Shown one piece after another: positions 9,949 through 20,788 of a stretch of DNA of 64,000 nt. Numbering within the stretch: the first letter of the stretch is position 1; each line of letters starts with the position of its first letter. Source of the stretch: Trypanosoma brucei (lineage: Eukaryota). A model generated the notes under the pieces. The model was not told where the DNA came from, searched no databases, and saw only the letters and a program-made list of their open reading frames with translations. The translations under genes and the position numbers were made by a program. The stretch spans positions 2,528,001-2,592,000 of the forward strand of contig CH464491.1 of assembly GCA_000002445.1 (NCBI GenBank), given 5' to 3'.

Positions 9949-10980
9949 CTACGCACAACCCCGGAGGTATTTCAAGAAAATACCCCTCAGCACATTTTCG
10001 TTCAGCTGCTTCCCAAGAACAAGCACTCGTGAGCAACCTAAGGGAACACTCTGACCTTCCATAGGAGTTACGTCAAAGAGGTCACCAATCGTCTGAAGCT
10101 GCAACAAGGAGTAATGGTCACCTTTCCTCATCCAGAGCGCTGCCTTGCATCGAACAACTTCAAAGGGCGGATCGTGCTCCATGTAAAGCATATCCCTGCA
10201 AATCATGTCAACATCACTGCGATCGCTCACGGCGAGAAAATTGGGCTGTTCGAAGAACTCCAACGACATTGCAGTGATACTTGAGGGCCCACTCGAGTGA
10301 AGATGATCTAACTCCATAGCCTGGCGCGTGGTGTTGAGCATAATAACCTCCCGAAGGTTGTTCAACACAGAAAAAGTTGCTGGTAGCACCTGCACGATAG
10401 GATTTATTTGCCTCACCGACACCACTGCCTCGTTCTTCTCCTCCTCAGTTGCTAAATCGCATTTGTTTAGCACAATGCGGTCCGCCATCAGGATCTGCCT
10501 TGTGGCCTCTCCAGCCACGTCAGGGTCCCTCAGATATTTGCAGATGTTCTTCGCATCGACGAGGGTTACGATGCCAGAGAGGTACAAGGAACCACACAGG
10601 GCCTCGTCCTGCCAGAACATTGAAGCAACAGGAGCGGGATCCGCCAAGCCGGACGTCTCCACAAGAACCAAATCGAATGTCCCCTTCCGTTGCATCAGCT
10701 TTTCCAGCGCTTGAACAGTTTGAGTCTGCGCAGTGCAGCACATGCAACCGTTGTCTAGCTCCAACCATTCGTCGTCCGGTTTCTGCGAGCTCTTTAACGT
10801 CAATCCCTTCTCAATTGTTTTGCCGAATTCAAACTCATTAACGATAACAGCAATGCGAAGGTTGTGCTCGGCGGACAACACATAATGTAGTAGCGTCGTC
10901 TTTCCGCTGCCAAGAAACCCTGTCAAAATCGTTACGGGAACCTTTGCACTCACAAGCTCCGGGCATTCATCATCGCTCAT
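9949..10980 (-). CDS. CobW/HypB/UreG-family GTPase (COBW domain-containing protein)
   Basis: The protein has the P-loop ILTGFLGSGKTTLL, the CobW-specific motif NGCMCCT, and a C-terminal CobW_C-like region. Confidence 0.75.
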   Translation of the reverse strand: MSDDECPELVSAKVPVTILTGFLGSGKTTLLHYVLSAEHNLRIAVIVNEFEFGKTIEKGLTLKSSQKPDDEWLELDNGCMCCTAQTQTVQALEKLMQRKGTFDLVLVETSGLADPAPVASMFWQDEALCGSLYLSGIVTLVDAKNICKYLRDPDVAGEATRQILMADRIVLNKCDLATEEEKNEAVVSVRQINPIVQVLPATFSVLNNLREVIMLNTTRQAMELDHLHSSGPSSITAMSLEFFEQPNFLAVSDRSDVDMICRDMLYMEHDPPFEVVRCKAALWMRKGDHYSLLQLQTIGDLFDVTPMEGQSVPLGCSRVLVLGKQLNENVLRGIFLKYLRGCA

Positions 10981-11655
10981 TCGGGTCGCTTGTCCTGCTG
11001 ATTGCCTTACTTGACGTCAAGAACGGAATCAAAACAACCCAGTCTCCCATGGGACAGAAACTTCAAGCACAATTAAGGCAATAAGCATCCACCGAACCTA
11101 CAGAAAACAATAAGTTTAGAAACACATCACAATTATTATCGCTTTTCACAGGAGTTTTTTTTTTTCATATACACAGCCGTGTGCCTTTGTCCACCAATCT
11201 GAACAAGCGGCCACCACACCACACCACACACATACATACACATGAGAGGCAATAGGATCATCATCCAGAATATGCCGGTTAGAGTTGCAGCACACACGGG
11301 CAAACTGCTGAACAACACCTTCCCTGCGCCATTACCGCAGTCACCTCGAGCCGATGACGGGAGTTCACATCCCCACGAAGAAAAACCTCACACTCCTCAC
11401 TGTCATGCATTCCCCCTTTCACGACGGAGAGATACATACAAGAAACGGATTCTAAAAAGCTCGCAACCCGACTGCGCGAGGGGCACTTCCGTAAAAAGAA
11501 AAAAGATACAAAATAGATAGCACAATCCCACGTGGCAATACCGCAGCCAAAAGTCCTCCTGATGGGATTAAAAGTTATCATGTGTCTCTGTTCAAAGGGA
11601 GTTTGGGACGGCCAACACCTTCCCCCATTCCCCGCGAGCGCCAACCCCAAAGAAA

Positions 11656-12069
11656 CTACGATGCCATGTCTTTGTTGTCCTCTTCATCCACACGACTCTC
11701 CAGGCGTTTAACGAGTGCCGCGAAGGCGCCCTCCATATCGAAGCTGTCTATCTCTGGTCTTTTGCGGGCTGTCTTGGGAGTCAGTGTTCCACATGTTAAA
11801 AGATGACTCTCCGTAGTGGAAAAGTAACTCTTCTGTGGAGATCCGCCACTTGAAATAGTCAACATAAGCTCCGTATGGTCCTGTTGAGGTGGCACCGGCA
11901 GCGTCGCAACACGCTCCTTTGGGGGAACGGTGTGTGGCGTTACCCGCGGCATACCAAGGGAAATAAGGTGATTGATGTGGTCCCGGGTCTCAAAATATTC
12001 GAGAGGGATACCAGCCGCGGCTGCACATCCTTGACTAAGTGGCATTGTGGATTTATTTGCGGAGACCAT
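11656..12069 (-). CDS. hypothetical protein of 137 aa
   Basis: An ORF on the PTU strand between two convincing genes. No recognisable domain. Confidence 0.3.
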   Translation of the reverse strand: MVSANKSTMPLSQGCAAAAGIPLEYFETRDHINHLISLGMPRVTPHTVPPKERVATLPVPPQQDHTELMLTISSGGSPQKSYFSTTESHLLTCGTLTPKTARKRPEIDSFDMEGAFAALVKRLESRVDEEDNKDMAS

Positions 12070-12179
12070 CTGCCAACTAAATTCTTGCTCCTCGATGTTT
12101 TTAACCGCCTTGTGAGATGCAAAAGGTCACCAAGCAAGGAGTCAATTTACACATATATAAAGAAACACATTCGCGCGCA

Positions 12180-12186
<7 letters not shown>

Positions 12187-12222
<36 letters not shown>
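12187..12222. repeat. (GT)18 dinucleotide microsatellite
   Basis: A perfect gtgtgt run read directly from the sequence, in the intergenic region between the 137-aa ORF and the CCHC-NYN gene. Confidence 0.95.
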
Positions 12223-12224
<2 letters not shown>

Positions 12225-12974
12225 CGTCGTAAGGTGAGAAAAGAGGGAGCAATGAAAAGGCGGTGGGACGCAAGGCGGGAATAACAAAGAGAGCTGCGGC
12301 GTCGAGTAATCGCAGAGCAAAGACAGGAAGTAGCCCATGCAACAACTGATGTGCAATGAGGGGAACGAATCATAGGGGTCCTTGACGATTTCTAACGTTT
12401 TCCGTTTTTCTTCTCATCTTATAAAACCACTTTACAAACTTTACTTGGTTATCTTTCTCGAAGAAAGGGGCGTCGGTTAGACTCCAAGTGATGCTTTCAC
12501 CTTGGGTCAGCCGCAAGCACATCAGCACGTGCACCCATATGTACATATGTATGTATATCTATATATATGTATACCCCTCTCTTTCCTACCATCTAACTAG
12601 CGCTCTCTTCTTTTCGGAGGGGTCGCCCGTAAATCAGTGCATGCACTCTGACAAGAGGTACGAGATTGTTCCTTTTTTTTTTTCCACCCCACTCCTTCTC
12701 CCCGAGTTCAGAAATTAGGTTCGCTTATGGTCGTATTAAATTTTCTCAGTTGCCAGCATTCACTTGCAGAACATGTTTTGTTTTCCAATTTGCTTAACTT
12801 GCACAGAAATGGTTCCACACACTTTTTCACAGCAACCCTCACACAACCACACACACACACTCACTCACTCATTCATAGACCGTGCAAACGCATACAAGCA
12901 GACAAAACGCAAAAAGGCAAATATATATACACTACAATGCTATTTTCAAAACTAGTCCCTCCAGACAACAATCA

Positions 12975-14531
12975 CTACTGAAAGACACTATGGGTGGGAA
13001 AGTCCACTGTCCTGTTGCCCTCCGTGTGGCTCGGCGCGTCAAGTAAAATCTGCGGGAGGAAGTCACAAAGATCTTGGTCTTGCCCGTAAAGTTGCGAGAT
13101 GGAGGAAGAAGTGCCACACACACGGACCGGATTGGGGCCATCTGCCGTTTGGAGCGTGCGCCGCTGCTCCTGGCAGAAGGACACTGCGGGATAAACGTCC
13201 GAATCGCCACATAACAAAACCACCTGATCAAATTGGCGACGCAGGAATGTTTCAATGACACATGTCGCTATGGCAACATCAACACCGGTTTGGACCCACA
13301 CATAACCCGGACCGTCGCCAGTGTAACCCTTTTGACGTTTCATTCGACCAACAAGGCGGGCCACCACATTGCTCAGTTTCCTACCACCATTCATTTCATC
13401 CAGCAATACTCTCTTGCGAAGACTGTTTCCGCGGAACGCCTTCTCCCTATGAATTAATGACATGGAATTTTCCACATAATCCGCAAACGCGGAGGGGTCG
13501 GTATCAAACCAGAATGCCACGCTAGTCTTTTGAAAAATCTCCCCAATAAAATCAAGGACATATCGCAACGCCTCCACACAGCGCTTGTATTGCTCTTCAT
13601 CACGGAATTCATGTCCCTTTAGAAGCCGCTCAAAGTAGCCACCGTCGACTATGACAGCCACTTTTCCATCACGTTTCGCTCCACTTGCCACAAATGGAGG
13701 TATTATTTCTCTTCTTCCAGACACCACCGTGGCAGCATGAGGCGTTGCGTCTACGCCGTCCTCCTCTCGATCAGGTGACCAGTCGTTGACTACGTTTTCA
13801 TCACCACTCGCTGCACTAGTCGGAAAATTTCGTTTCCAATCCACCGTAGGTATGCTACCACCGCTGGCAACGCTGGGAAACTTTGAGCAAGCGACCACAA
13901 CATTCCCTTTTACGTTGCTACGATTACCAGACGCTTGCGGGCACTGGGCCGCGACATGCCCCTTGGCGTTACAGCGGTTGCAAGATATTTGGGGGCATTG
14001 TGCCGACATGTGCCCCTCTCCGTTACACGTGAAGCACAAAGCAGATAAAGAACACCCCGCCATGTCATGGCCGGGTTTTTTACACCGATAGCAGACCCGA
14101 CCCTTCTCTCTTAGCGGGCAATCGGTTGACCTGTGACCCGTTGAGGAGCAATGATAGCACAGAGGCCTGCTAAGGCAACGTTGCGAGCTGTGTCCGTAAT
14201 TACCACAGTTGTAGCACCGCGTCTGCGGGCACATCGGCAACAGATGGCCCTTTTGATGACATTGAAAACACTCCATAGACTTCATCCGCAGTGGGCAACT
14301 AGCTTCAGCGTGCCTGGACGAGCCGCAGCTCCTGCAAACTGATGGGAGTGCTTCCTCCTCTTCTTCGGTGCGTGGACGCTTCCTTGCGCTTAGGCAAGCC
14401 ACTTTGTCATGCCCCACATTACCACAGATCGAGCACCTGACCAAGGAGTTGGCCTGATGAATCTGTTCCCTTCCAGTGCGTCCGCCGCATGCCGATGTGG
14501 GTCCGCCCTCAATGGCTTCAGACATCTTCAA
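12975..14531 (-). CDS. RNA-binding protein with nine CCHC zinc knuckles followed by a NYN/LabA-like domain (putative ribonuclease)
   Basis: Nine C-x2-C-x4-H-x4-C knuckles are present (CSICGNVGHDKVAC, CRSCGSSRHAEASC, CFQCHQKGHLLPMC, CYNCGNYGHSSQRC, CYHCSSTGHRSTDC, CYRCKKPGHDMAGC, CFTCNGEGHMSAQC, CNRCNAKGHVAAQC and others). The C-terminus has NYN-like motifs VAVIVDGGYF and VVLLCGDSDVYPAV. Confidence 0.7.
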   Translation of the reverse strand: MKMSEAIEGGPTSACGGRTGREQIHQANSLVRCSICGNVGHDKVACLSARKRPRTEEEEEALPSVCRSCGSSRHAEASCPLRMKSMECFQCHQKGHLLPMCPQTRCYNCGNYGHSSQRCLSRPLCYHCSSTGHRSTDCPLREKGRVCYRCKKPGHDMAGCSLSALCFTCNGEGHMSAQCPQISCNRCNAKGHVAAQCPQASGNRSNVKGNVVVACSKFPSVASGGSIPTVDWKRNFPTSAASGDENVVNDWSPDREEDGVDATPHAATVVSGRREIIPPFVASGAKRDGKVAVIVDGGYFERLLKGHEFRDEEQYKRCVEALRYVLDFIGEIFQKTSVAFWFDTDPSAFADYVENSMSLIHREKAFRGNSLRKRVLLDEMNGGRKLSNVVARLVGRMKRQKGYTGDGPGYVWVQTGVDVAIATCVIETFLRRQFDQVVLLCGDSDVYPAVSFCQEQRRTLQTADGPNPVRVCGTSSSISQLYGQDQDLCDFLPQILLDAPSHTEGNRTVDFPTHSVFQ

Positions 14532-14948
14532 TTAACAAAATGTTTCCCGCTCAACTACCACAATCCTGCGTATGAAAACAAAAAACTTTGAAGTGATAAT
14601 AGCAATAATGTCAGTATTAGAAGCGGCACCAGGTTCCGATTTCACGGAGAAACAAACTGAAAGAAAGTAGGAATAGGAGAATGTACAAACAAACTGTAAT
14701 AGATGAAACTTGAACGACTTCGTTGGGCGCCTAAACTTTACTACTATGACAGACATGTGGACGAAACGGACAGATATTTGCACAAGCACGTAGAAGTGCA
14801 GAAAATCAGTAGGCGCAAATATATATATATATATATACCAACGGTCGTTAGTTATCGAAAAAAAAAAAAGGTACAAGAGCTAGAATAATATTATGATAAA
14901 AGAGACAGCACGCGGGAAAAGAACTCTTAGCATTTGTTTTGATGGGGG

Positions 14949-17705
14949 TCAGTCCAACCACTGAAAAAATTGGCACTTTGAACCATCACATTTTACGAAG
15001 CGCCTGCCCCTGGAAGCCGCTTGACCAGATACAAGATGCACGGCAGGCAATCCACAATGACACAACGGCGTAGCGGCACCATCAGCGAGGCCGGGTGGTA
15101 TTTGAAACAACCCACTATTAACATCTATTGAAGGGAGTGTGTACGCTGGTCGAGGTTGTTGCTGTTGTGCAAGTTGCCGCTCCTGTGGTGCGGAACGAGA
15201 CCCCCTGAGCACATTGTTTCCTTTCGTCCGTATGTGCTCTTTCATCCGAGCATCACAAAAGACACACACCTTCTCTCCTTCCTGCACTCCGGGAACAGCC
15301 GGAGATCCACCGAAGTCAAACTTGAGCATGATGGCGCTACACGATGGACAACGCGCGTCGTAAGCGAGACTCACTCGTTCCGCCGGAGGAAGCTTAATGG
15401 TAAAGTTGCACACGGGAAAGCCACGGCAAGCTAAAAAGAAACCCGAGTTATTGGAGCGAATACGAAGCCCGTTCTTTTTGCAAGACATACAGTTTGTGAT
15501 TGTCACCGTTTCATGTCCCTTCGCTAGCGGGCAGTCAGCACCACAGTGAAAACAACGAAACTCTGCCAACGATTCCATCTCGGCACCTGGTGGAGGCGAT
15601 GTGAAACAGTAGGGGCACACCGTGTGAGATGTGCCCTTGTCGATGTTCGTTATCTCTAGCACGCCAAATTTGCATATCACACAACGGTGACCACTGCGTT
15701 CTATGCGGTTATGCCGCCCATTCGGGACACGATACTCCTTTTGACATGTATCGCAACGCACGAACCAGGGGTTGCGCTCCTTCTGGACATGTTCCATCAA
15801 GTTCATAGGGTTACCGCAAGTCCCGCACTCCACCAGCCCACTAGCCGAAATGTGAGCTCTGGAGGTTCCAACCTCCTCCACGGCAGTCTGATACACGGGG
15901 TCGAGATGGAGGTGCAGCACTCTGTTCATCGCATCAGTTAAACTCAACATCTTTTGAAATATTTCCCTGTATAGGCGGACGGCGGCGTCAACAACGTCCC
16001 TCCTCGTCGCCTTTCCCGCGGCGATATCCGCCATTGCGAGCTCCATCTGAGCCCGCATCTGCGGTTGCAGAAGGCTAACCAGTCCATTTACCTCGTAAGC
16101 CGACGCAAGCGCATTGCCAACATGTGTGGGAACTAACGAAGAACCCTCACGCTTTACGTACTCCCTTTCCACTACAGTCTTGATGTGGTGTGATATTGTC
16201 GCATCAGTCCCTATACCATGTTTATCCATCAGCGTTATAAGGTCCGCCTCCGTTAAATTGGGGGGTGGAGAGGTGCGATGCTGTTCAAGGTCTGCATGTG
16301 TCGGGCGAAAACGCTCGCCTTGCTTGTAGGTTGGCAGAGTCGTGCTCTTCCATCGTTCGTAGATATACACCTCCATCCAACCCTTTTCATCAATGGTTGT
16401 CCCAGATGTTGTGAATTTTTCGCCACCGTACACAACGGCGACGGAAGTGGTGGAAGCCACGGCGTCGGGTGAAGTACACGCCAAAAAGTGGCGCACAATC
16501 AGGTTATACAGTTTAGCCCTGCCGTCGTTGGCAGCGGGCATCGGCTTCGTGGGATAGATAGGTGGATGTGCCTTGTCATCATGACCACCATTCAGCGGCC
16601 GACGAAATTTTCTGTTTGGATCGGCAAGCATCGCTTCCACAAACCCACTAACTTCCGGGTTCCGCCTCTGCGATCCCACTATATCCAGCAGTTCGTTGTC
16701 TGTGAACGAGAAAGAGTCGGTTTCAGTACGCGGGTACGATATGTACCCTTCTTGATAGAGGCTCTCTGCCCAGGTCATGCACTGATCAGACGATATGCGC
16801 AGGTGTGCGGTACACAATTTCTGCAACATGACAGTTGAAAGCGGGAAAGGCGGACGTCGTCTGTTGGGTCGCTTCATAACTTCCACAACCTCCGCTTCAG
16901 GCCTCGTGCGCGCCTCATCAAACATCTGCTGAAGCACCACAGCTGCCGCTATCTTGTCGTATATAGGGCCACGCACACTGTTAAAAGAAGTATCACCGTG
17001 CTGGAGAGTGAGTGTGAAGTAATCCTCCGGCACAAACCCTTTCTGCTCCCAGCCACGCTGAACCAGAAACCCAAGAGTTGGAAACTGGCACGGACCAAAG
17101 CTCAGGACCTTTGGAAAGTTTTTGAACTGGCTGCAAAACTTCAGGGTTTGGAATCGCGTGAAAACCGCCCCGAGGCGAAGATCGAGTTCTTGACGGGCCT
17201 CTACGGCCTCGGAGAGGGCCCTGTTTGGGGCTTTGAGATTGCGCATCGCGCCAAGTATATCACGCTTCGTAAGCGCAGAGAAATGTGCACGGCAAATAGA
17301 AATCGAACTGTGCTCCTTCTGCACCACATCAATCACCTCGAAGCAGATGTTTTCCCCCTCACGATCACAGTCCATCCACAGGGCAAGTGTCGTGGCACGC
17401 CTTCCAAGTTCCCTCAGGTTCTTCTGAATCTCACTAAGATCCGACCTCACGCGCTTCACCGTGCCCAAAGTGAATAAGTCAATGATAGGGAAACTTGCCC
17501 AGCCCGCTGCTTGTGGTGGAAAGTCGGACTCCATCAGGTGCCCCGATACGGAGGTACATATCATTGTCTTCCCCTCAAAATTAAACTCGAAAACTGGATT
17601 ATAGATGGAATGACTGCGAATAGTTCTTTGGTTACCACCCGAAAGAATGGTTGCTATTTCCCTCGCCACGCTGGGCTTCTCCGCAACATTCAGCCATATT
17701 GTCAT
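14949..17705 (-). CDS. TOP3: DNA topoisomerase III (type IA) with C-terminal zinc ribbons and a GRF finger
   Basis: The N-terminal Toprim region reads MTIWLNVAEKPSVAREIA...ICTSVSGHLME. The TopoIA core follows (GYISYPRTETD with the active-site Tyr), then several C4 zinc ribbons and a terminal GRF-type finger (CHCG...GRRFVKC...CQFFQWLD). Confidence 0.85.
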   Translation of the reverse strand: MTIWLNVAEKPSVAREIATILSGGNQRTIRSHSIYNPVFEFNFEGKTMICTSVSGHLMESDFPPQAAGWASFPIIDLFTLGTVKRVRSDLSEIQKNLRELGRRATTLALWMDCDREGENICFEVIDVVQKEHSSISICRAHFSALTKRDILGAMRNLKAPNRALSEAVEARQELDLRLGAVFTRFQTLKFCSQFKNFPKVLSFGPCQFPTLGFLVQRGWEQKGFVPEDYFTLTLQHGDTSFNSVRGPIYDKIAAAVVLQQMFDEARTRPEAEVVEVMKRPNRRRPPFPLSTVMLQKLCTAHLRISSDQCMTWAESLYQEGYISYPRTETDSFSFTDNELLDIVGSQRRNPEVSGFVEAMLADPNRKFRRPLNGGHDDKAHPPIYPTKPMPAANDGRAKLYNLIVRHFLACTSPDAVASTTSVAVVYGGEKFTTSGTTIDEKGWMEVYIYERWKSTTLPTYKQGERFRPTHADLEQHRTSPPPNLTEADLITLMDKHGIGTDATISHHIKTVVEREYVKREGSSLVPTHVGNALASAYEVNGLVSLLQPQMRAQMELAMADIAAGKATRRDVVDAAVRLYREIFQKMLSLTDAMNRVLHLHLDPVYQTAVEEVGTSRAHISASGLVECGTCGNPMNLMEHVQKERNPWFVRCDTCQKEYRVPNGRHNRIERSGHRCVICKFGVLEITNIDKGTSHTVCPYCFTSPPPGAEMESLAEFRCFHCGADCPLAKGHETVTITNCMSCKKNGLRIRSNNSGFFLACRGFPVCNFTIKLPPAERVSLAYDARCPSCSAIMLKFDFGGSPAVPGVQEGEKVCVFCDARMKEHIRTKGNNVLRGSRSAPQERQLAQQQQPRPAYTLPSIDVNSGLFQIPPGLADGAATPLCHCGLPAVHLVSGQAASRGRRFVKCDGSKCQFFQWLD

Positions 17706-19074
17706 CCCTCACGTGACCACTGCAGGCGCTATGATCGGTTTTCCTTTTCGTCCCCTTCCTTTGTTATCCTTTCCACTAGGGGCCCCACCCCGCGTTACAC
17801 AGGACGCCTTGTGCAGCCGCGACGTCTGCTACGCCGGTGTTGGCGATTAGGGATCCCTACAAACACATGTGGTACATATGCATAACAAAAATAAAGTAAA
17901 ATGGAAAGGGGACAATGGTGAAAAAACACTCAAATAATGGGGAAGGATCCAAGGGCCAACAAAAGAAACACAACGCACGTGGACCGGGGCGGGAACTCGT
18001 GCGCCGCGGTATACAGTTACTTCTGTTGCAGCCTTCAACATGCTGGTTAACAGCAAGATTGGAACCAACGTCACATGACGGAGGAAACAATAGGGGCTAC
18101 CAACAAAGAGATAAAGACTACAGGGGAGCAAAAGTAATAGTGATCAACGCATCTCTGTATTGCGTGTGAAAAGGTCTTTGCCTCGACAACAACTCGGCGA
18201 CCTATAGCTCCACGCAAACATAATCGGCGTACGCACGTGTGCATGTATGTATACACATGATTTCGCGCCAAGGGGACGAAGGGAAGACAATCCCACTCCT
18301 TTCTACCATACCTATACAATCCCTCCAACTTTACAATGGCACGAACATGTGAACACGCACACACGCAAGCATGTGAAACACCGGGGGCACCTTCACTGAC
18401 GGGCTCTCTTGCTATTATTGTTTCCGTTCCTGATTAACTGGACAATAACTGGTATGGCTTTCGTTTCAGCTGTTCTGGCCTTCAACAACACTTGAAGAGA
18501 GGGGGGTACACCGCTACCGTCGCTTCGATTGAAGTCTGAAGTTTTTCGTTTGCATATTGATTTAATTACCTTTGCTCCTTTCCTTTCACATTTTATTCAC
18601 AGTTCATTCCCTTGTTATAGCTTCTCTATCCACTCGTTCTCCTTCCTTCAAGCTGTTTTTTCCCCCGTTGGCACACCAAAAACAGAGTAGCTGAGAAAGG
18701 GAATATTGCAATGCGTAAATAATCTCTTTACAGTCGAATCACGACAATCATCATGCCCCAGAAGGCACACGTCTTTTCTGCTATTTTCGCCCAGATTTTC
18801 ATATGTGTACCTATAGATATATATCATATAAATATATATATATATATATATAACATTTCCTTTCACTCACAATTTATCCCCTCCCTATCTTCCCATTATA
18901 TTTTTCTCCATCGGCAACTTATTACACACTTCATACAAGCCTCTTTGGCGGCATGTTACCGCAAGAAAGGACTTGTGTATTGTATTTCACACTTGCTAGT
19001 GGAAACGAGGCGAATGGCCTGCTCTCGCTGCCTCCGTACATCCCTCGCTTTCCGCCGGCTGGTCTCCACCCTTC

Positions 19075-19863
19075 TCAGTTCACGGGTTGCTCGTCAGTCC
19101 AGAGGTTGAGGTTGTCTCGGAGGAGACGAACAATGAGGTTTGACTCACGGTAGGCCTCGTCATCAAGCGTTTCCAGCTCTGTCACGGCCTCATCGTATGC
19201 CTGCCGTGCGAGGTGGAACCCCTTCTCATGTTCCTTCATGATTTCATAGTAAAAGACAGAGAAGTTTAGTGCAAGGCCGAGGCGAATTGGATGTGTGGGT
19301 GCCAGTGAACTGTTCGCCACCTCCGTGGCCTTGGCGTAGGCGTCGAGTGCAAGCTGCCGCTGATCACCTTCCGGTGCGATCTCGGCGTAGTAGCGGTGGT
19401 AGTCGCCCTTCATTTTAAGGTAGAATACCTTCGCTTCACCTCCCTGGGAAGCAGGGATTAGGTACGTGTCAAGCAGTGACAGTAAGTCGTCGCAAACCGC
19501 CGCTAGTTCCGCCTCAAATTCGCGGCGAAGTGAGACGATCAACTCCATATTGTCACTCTTCTCCTTGGTGCTTTCGCGGTTCTCAATAGAAGTAATGATG
19601 CGCCACGCATTGCGACGGGAACCGATAACGTTCTTGTACGCCATCGAGAGCAGGTTACGCTCCTCTGTGTCAAGTTCGCTGTTCATCTTCACCAACTTGC
19701 GCATGCATTGTACCATCTCGTCGTACCGCTCCGCCTCTTCCGTTAGCTTAGCCATGAACACGAGATCCTTGGTGGCATCGGGAAGTTTGAACTCTGACAG
19801 GTTCTTCTTTGGAACAACCTCATCGAGGAGCACGGCGTTGTACCACTTGATGCAGTCCGTCAT
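19075..19863 (-). CDS. 14-3-3 protein
   Basis: KLTEEAERYDEMVQCMRKLV...NLLSMAYKNVIGSRRNAWRIITSIE...YYEIMKEHEKG carries the canonical 14-3-3 helices and signature motifs. Confidence 0.85.
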   Translation of the reverse strand: MTDCIKWYNAVLLDEVVPKKNLSEFKLPDATKDLVFMAKLTEEAERYDEMVQCMRKLVKMNSELDTEERNLLSMAYKNVIGSRRNAWRIITSIENRESTKEKSDNMELIVSLRREFEAELAAVCDDLLSLLDTYLIPASQGGEAKVFYLKMKGDYHRYYAEIAPEGDQRQLALDAYAKATEVANSSLAPTHPIRLGLALNFSVFYYEIMKEHEKGFHLARQAYDEAVTELETLDDEAYRESNLIVRLLRDNLNLWTDEQPVN

Positions 19864-20524
19864 TGTTTGTTGCCTCGTGTTATATTACCTTCAGGTATCC
19901 TCTCCTTAGCCTCGTAACGACCGCCTAGGCACTTTACGAAAATTTGTATGAGCGACAATTAAATATGATTAGCGTCCACAACCCAGGTAAACCTTTGCTA
20001 TCCGTCGATGCTCTACTGGCCTCCTTGAAGTGGCTGCTAAGGCTGTTTTTCGCTCTCCCTTTGCCTTCCCGCTCTATACTTTTCTTTGTTTCACTAGAAC
20101 CTTCCGCAGACGGTGTGGAGTTAATCACCAGTTGTTGCTTGGCGTGTTATTGATTGTGTTTCCCCTTAAATAACTTTCTTCTACAAGTCCGTGATGCTCT
20201 CGCAGAAAAGAAAAAAGGAAAAAAGGAACGCGCTTTCTGCGGCAAGAAAGGTGAGTTAACAGCAGCATTCCGGTGTGAAAAGATAAGGAGGAGATAGAAA
20301 GGGTAGTATGTTTAAACATAAGAAAAAGCGGCTTGCACTGTATTAAAAGCACGGTACCCAAACACAAAAGAAACATGAAAAACAAAACAATAACTAACCA
20401 AAAGTGAGAACTGGAAAAAAAAAGAGTGGGGAACAAAGTCCACCGCATGTAATCTAAGAGAGGAGGTCACTGCAACACCGCCTCTATAAAAACAACACGC
20501 GCATGTATTTAAAAAATGGCACAA

Positions 20525-20526
<2 letters not shown>

Positions 20527-20559
<33 letters not shown>

Positions 20560-20574
20560 TGTGTATATATATAT
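20527..20574. repeat. compound (AT)n/(TATG)n AT-rich microsatellite
   Basis: The run is catatatatatatatatatatgtatatatatgtgtatatatatat, in the intergenic region between the 14-3-3 gene and the coiled-coil gene. Confidence 0.9.
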
Positions 20575-20788
20575 TTGCATGTCAAACATAAGTCGCGGTT
20601 GTCGTTGTTTCTGAACAAACAAAAAAGTGTCACACACAGGCACCATCTTATTCTCTCCTTTGCCTCCTGAGCGCGCAGCTATTCCAGTAAATATATTTGG
20701 GCTCTTTTGCCCTCTCCTTGTTATGCATCTATGTTTGTTTTATGCTTTCATTGAATCTATGGTTTAACGCTCCCAACCCATAGAGTTG

